Source: Octopus bimaculoides (lineage: Eukaryota). From it: DNA of 53,964 bases. The position numbers were made by a program, and so were the translations under genes. The stretch covers positions 45,670,547 to 45,724,510 of the forward strand of contig NC_068984.1 of NCBI RefSeq assembly GCF_001194135.2, read 5' to 3'. Position 1 is the first letter of the stretch. Every line of letters begins with the position of its first letter. The notes beneath the pieces are model-generated. The model was not told the DNA's origin and searched no databases. It saw nothing but the letters and a program-made list of their open reading frames with translations. Of the stretch, positions 50,620-53,964 are shown one piece after another.

Positions 50620-51308
50620 NNNNNNNNNNNNNNNNNNNNNNNNNNNNNNNNNNNNNNNNNNNNNNNNNNNNNNNNNNNNNNNNNNNNNNNNNNNNNNNNN
50701 NNNNNNNNNNNNNNNNNNNNNNNNNNNNNNNNNNNNNNNNNNNNNNNNNNNNNNNNNNNNNNNNNNNNNNNNNNNNNNNNNNNNNNNNNNNNNNNNNNNN
50801 NNNNNNNNNNNNNNNNNNNNNNNNNNNNNNNNNNNNNNNNNNNNNNNNNNNNNNNNNNNNNNNNNNNNNNNNNNNNNNNNNNNNNNNNNNNNNNNNNNNN
50901 NNNNNNNNNNNNNNNNNNNNNNNNNNNNNNNNNNNNNNNNNNNNNNNNNNNNNNNNNNNNNNNNNNNNNNNNNNNNNNNNNNNNNNNNNNNNNNNNNNNN
51001 NNNNNNNNNNNNNNNNNNNNNNNNNNNNNNNNNNNNNNNNNNNNNNNNNNNNNNNNNNNNNNNNNNNNNNNNNNNNNNNNNNNNNNNNNNNNNNNNNNNN
51101 NNNNNNNNNNNNNNNNNNNNNNNNNNNNNNNNNNNNNNNNNNNNNNNNNNNNNNNNNNNNNNNNNNNNNNNNNNNNNNNNNNNNNNNNNNNNNNNNNNNN
51201 NNNNNNNNNNNNNNNNNNNNNNNNNNNNNNNNNNNNNNNNNNNNNNNNNNNNNNNNNNNNNNNNNNNNNNNNNNNNNNNNNNNNNNNNNNNNNNNNNNNN
51301 NNNNNNNN

Positions 51309-51557
51309 GTCAGAATCGTTAGCACGCCAGGCAAAGTGATTAGCGGCATTTCGACCGTCTTTACGTCCTGAGTTGAGATTCTGCTGAGGTCGACTTTGCC
51401 TTTCATAATTTCGGAGTCCATAAAATAAGTACCAGTGAAACATTGGGGTCGATGCAATCCACTAGCCCCCTCTCCCAAAATTTCAGGTCTTGTGCCTATA
51501 GTAGAAAGGATTCTTCTTCTTCTTCTTCTTCTTCTTCTTCTTCTTCTTCTTCTTCTT

Positions 51558-51655
<98 letters not shown>

Positions 51656-51657
51656 TA
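51309..51657 (+). mobile_element. SINE A with compound (CTT)n-(ATT)n tail
   Basis: cagaatcgttagcacgcc...gtagaaaggatt, then about 25 CTT and about 23 ATT units. Confidence 0.88.
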
Positions 51658-52153
51658 TTAATGGTAGTAGTAGGAGTAGCAGCTATATATAACTTATACG
51701 AAATTGTAATCGGTATCACGACAATACAAAGAATTTGACTGGTGAAGACGTACGATTGGATCATAACATCATAGACAAGTGATTGGGGGAATAAGAGATG
51801 TTTGATTGATTGACCAGTCTTTAATCTCATTGATTCGCGTATCGCTCGTTATTTACTGTTCGTCGCTACAGCTTTATATAATGGTTAACTTTTTATAAAG
51901 ATCGAAGATATATATCTCATTTAAACTGCGTGCTAAATTGTGTCTAGACTTTAAGTAATTTGGTTGCGTAATGGAAAAAGCAGGACTAGTAACAATGCAT
52001 TCCGGTGGCTCATTCGACTAGCTTTTTAAGAAATCAATGTAACATATTTTTTAAGACACACTTCCACACGTTCACTCTCTCTCTCACACACATACGCACT
52101 CACATATACATACATACATACATACATACACACTCACACACACATGTACATAC

Positions 52154-52184
<31 letters not shown>

Positions 52185-53964
52185 NNNNNNNNNNNNNNNN
52201 NNNNNNNNNNNNNNNNNNNNNNNNNNNNNNNNNNNNNNNNNNNNNNNNNNNNNNNNNNNNNNNNNNNNNNNNNNNNNNNNNNNNNNNNNNNNNNNNNNNN
52301 NNNNNNNNNNNNNNNNNNNNNNNNNNNNNNNNNNNNNNNNNNNNNNNNNNNNNNNNNNNNNNNNNNNNNNNNNNNNNNNNNNNNNNNNNNNNNNNNNNNN
52401 NNNNNNNNNNNNNNNNNNNNNNNNNNNNNNNNNNNNNNNNNNNNNNNNNNNNNNNNNNNNNNNNNNNNNNNNNNNNNNNNNNNNNNNNNNNNNNNNNNNN
52501 NNNNNNNNNNNNNNNNNNNNNNNNNNNNNNNNNNNNNNNNNNNNNNNNNNNNNNNNNNNNNNNNNNNNNNNNNNNNNNNNNNNNNNNNNNNNNNNNNNNN
52601 NNNNNNNNNNNNNNNNNNNNNNNNNNNNNNNNNNNNNNNNNNNNNNNNNNNNNNNNNNNNNNNNNNNNNNNNNNNNNNNNNNNNNNNNNNNNNNNNNNNN
52701 NNNNNNNNNNNNNNNNNNNNNNNNNNNNNNNNNNNNNNNNNNNNNNNNNNNNNNNNNNNNNNNNNNNNNNNNNNNNNNNNNNNNNNNNNNNNNNNNNNNN
52801 NNNNNNNNNNNNNNNNNNNNNNNNNNNNNNNNNNNNNNNNNNNNNNNNNNNNNNNNNNNNNNNNNNNNNNNNNNNNNNNNNNNNNNNNNNNNNNNNNNNN
52901 NNNNNNNNNNNNNNNNNNNNNNNNNNNNNNNNNNNNNNNNNNNNNNNNNNNNNNNNNNNNNNNNNNNNNNNNNNNNNNNNNNNNNNNNNNNNNNNNNNNN
53001 NNNNNNNNNNNNNNNNNNNNNNNNNNNNNNNNNNNNNNNNNNNNNNNNNNNNNNNNNNNNNNNNNNNNNNNNNNNNNNNNNNNNNNNNNNNNNNNNNNNN
53101 NNNNNNNNNNNNNNNNNNNNNNNNNNNNNNNNNNNNNNNNNNNNNNNNNNNNNNNNNNNNNNNNNNNNNNNNNNNNNNNCACACAAACGTGGACATTTAA
53201 TTATTAATAATCGGGGCCGAATATGTTTTTGCATTGACACTTAAGAAACAGTTTGATGCATGCCAATGCATGAAACTTTCGACTTTTGATTCACTCTGTA
53301 ACTTCTGTTCATTACATTTAATTGTTTTTTGTCTTTGATCAGTAAATGCTATTTGCTTCTATCTAGAAATCAAAGGAAATGACTACTATTCCCTTCAACC
53401 TTTGCTTTTGTGATATGGACATCAATATTTTGAAACTGATCCATTTTCCATTACATTTGAGACAGATTCAGTGCAAATACGAAATAACAATTGTTACTCA
53501 AAGACAAAAATTGTGTTACAAAGTGTTATACATACATACTTACTGTTACGCCGCATGCGGCCTCCCAAAACTACCTACAACACAACAGTCTATGTCCGAT
53601 AGCTCAGAAGACCGCGTAGGCGAATTTAGCAAACCAACTTGCTTAGAGCGGAAGAAGCAGTTGTCAAAGAAGTCAGAAAAGTTGAAAATAACAAACAAAA
53701 CCGTTGAGTATAACCATAATACAAGAATTTGGATCTTTTTTAAAACGGGGGCCACATTTTTCATTAATGTTTTACGTAGTGTTTTTGGTACCGAAAGGCT
53801 TTCAAACTTCGTATACTTATCTATTTTGTATTATAGAACAGAAAAATATTTTTGTATTCGAATTTATTTCATGTAAAAAATTGTCTTATTTCGATAATTT
53901 CAACCAATCACTGACACGTATTCAGTCGTTTACATTTACTCCTTTGGCTGATTAAGCCATAGCT

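Overview
AT-rich, microsatellite-dense animal genomic DNA with 11 N-gaps (about 7 kb). The repeat content suggests a coleoid cephalopod, probably Octopus (inference). The only host coding sequence I can support is one 176-bp minus-strand exon (8951-9126) encoding S3-S4 and the S4-S5 linker of a KCNQ (Kv7) channel, so the rest is probably KCNQ intron unless exons hide in the gaps. The introns hold decayed Penelope-like (PLE), RTE, R4/Dong and Tx1/L1 retroelements, three tRNA-derived SINE families, foldback/MITE-like elements, a Helentron-type non-autonomous element and a duplicated LTR-like promoter. The most notable signal is non-coding. Five complete type I hammerhead ribozyme motifs and one cut by a gap lie between 8.2 and 29.2 kb, in five unrelated sequence contexts. 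Every complete one has the short palindromic stem III typical of PLE-associated, dimer-cleaving hammerheads. Three sit in long foldback elements at microsatellites, and two are on the KCNQ sense strand. All structures were folded by eye; no searches or folding programs were run, and repeat boundaries are approximate.
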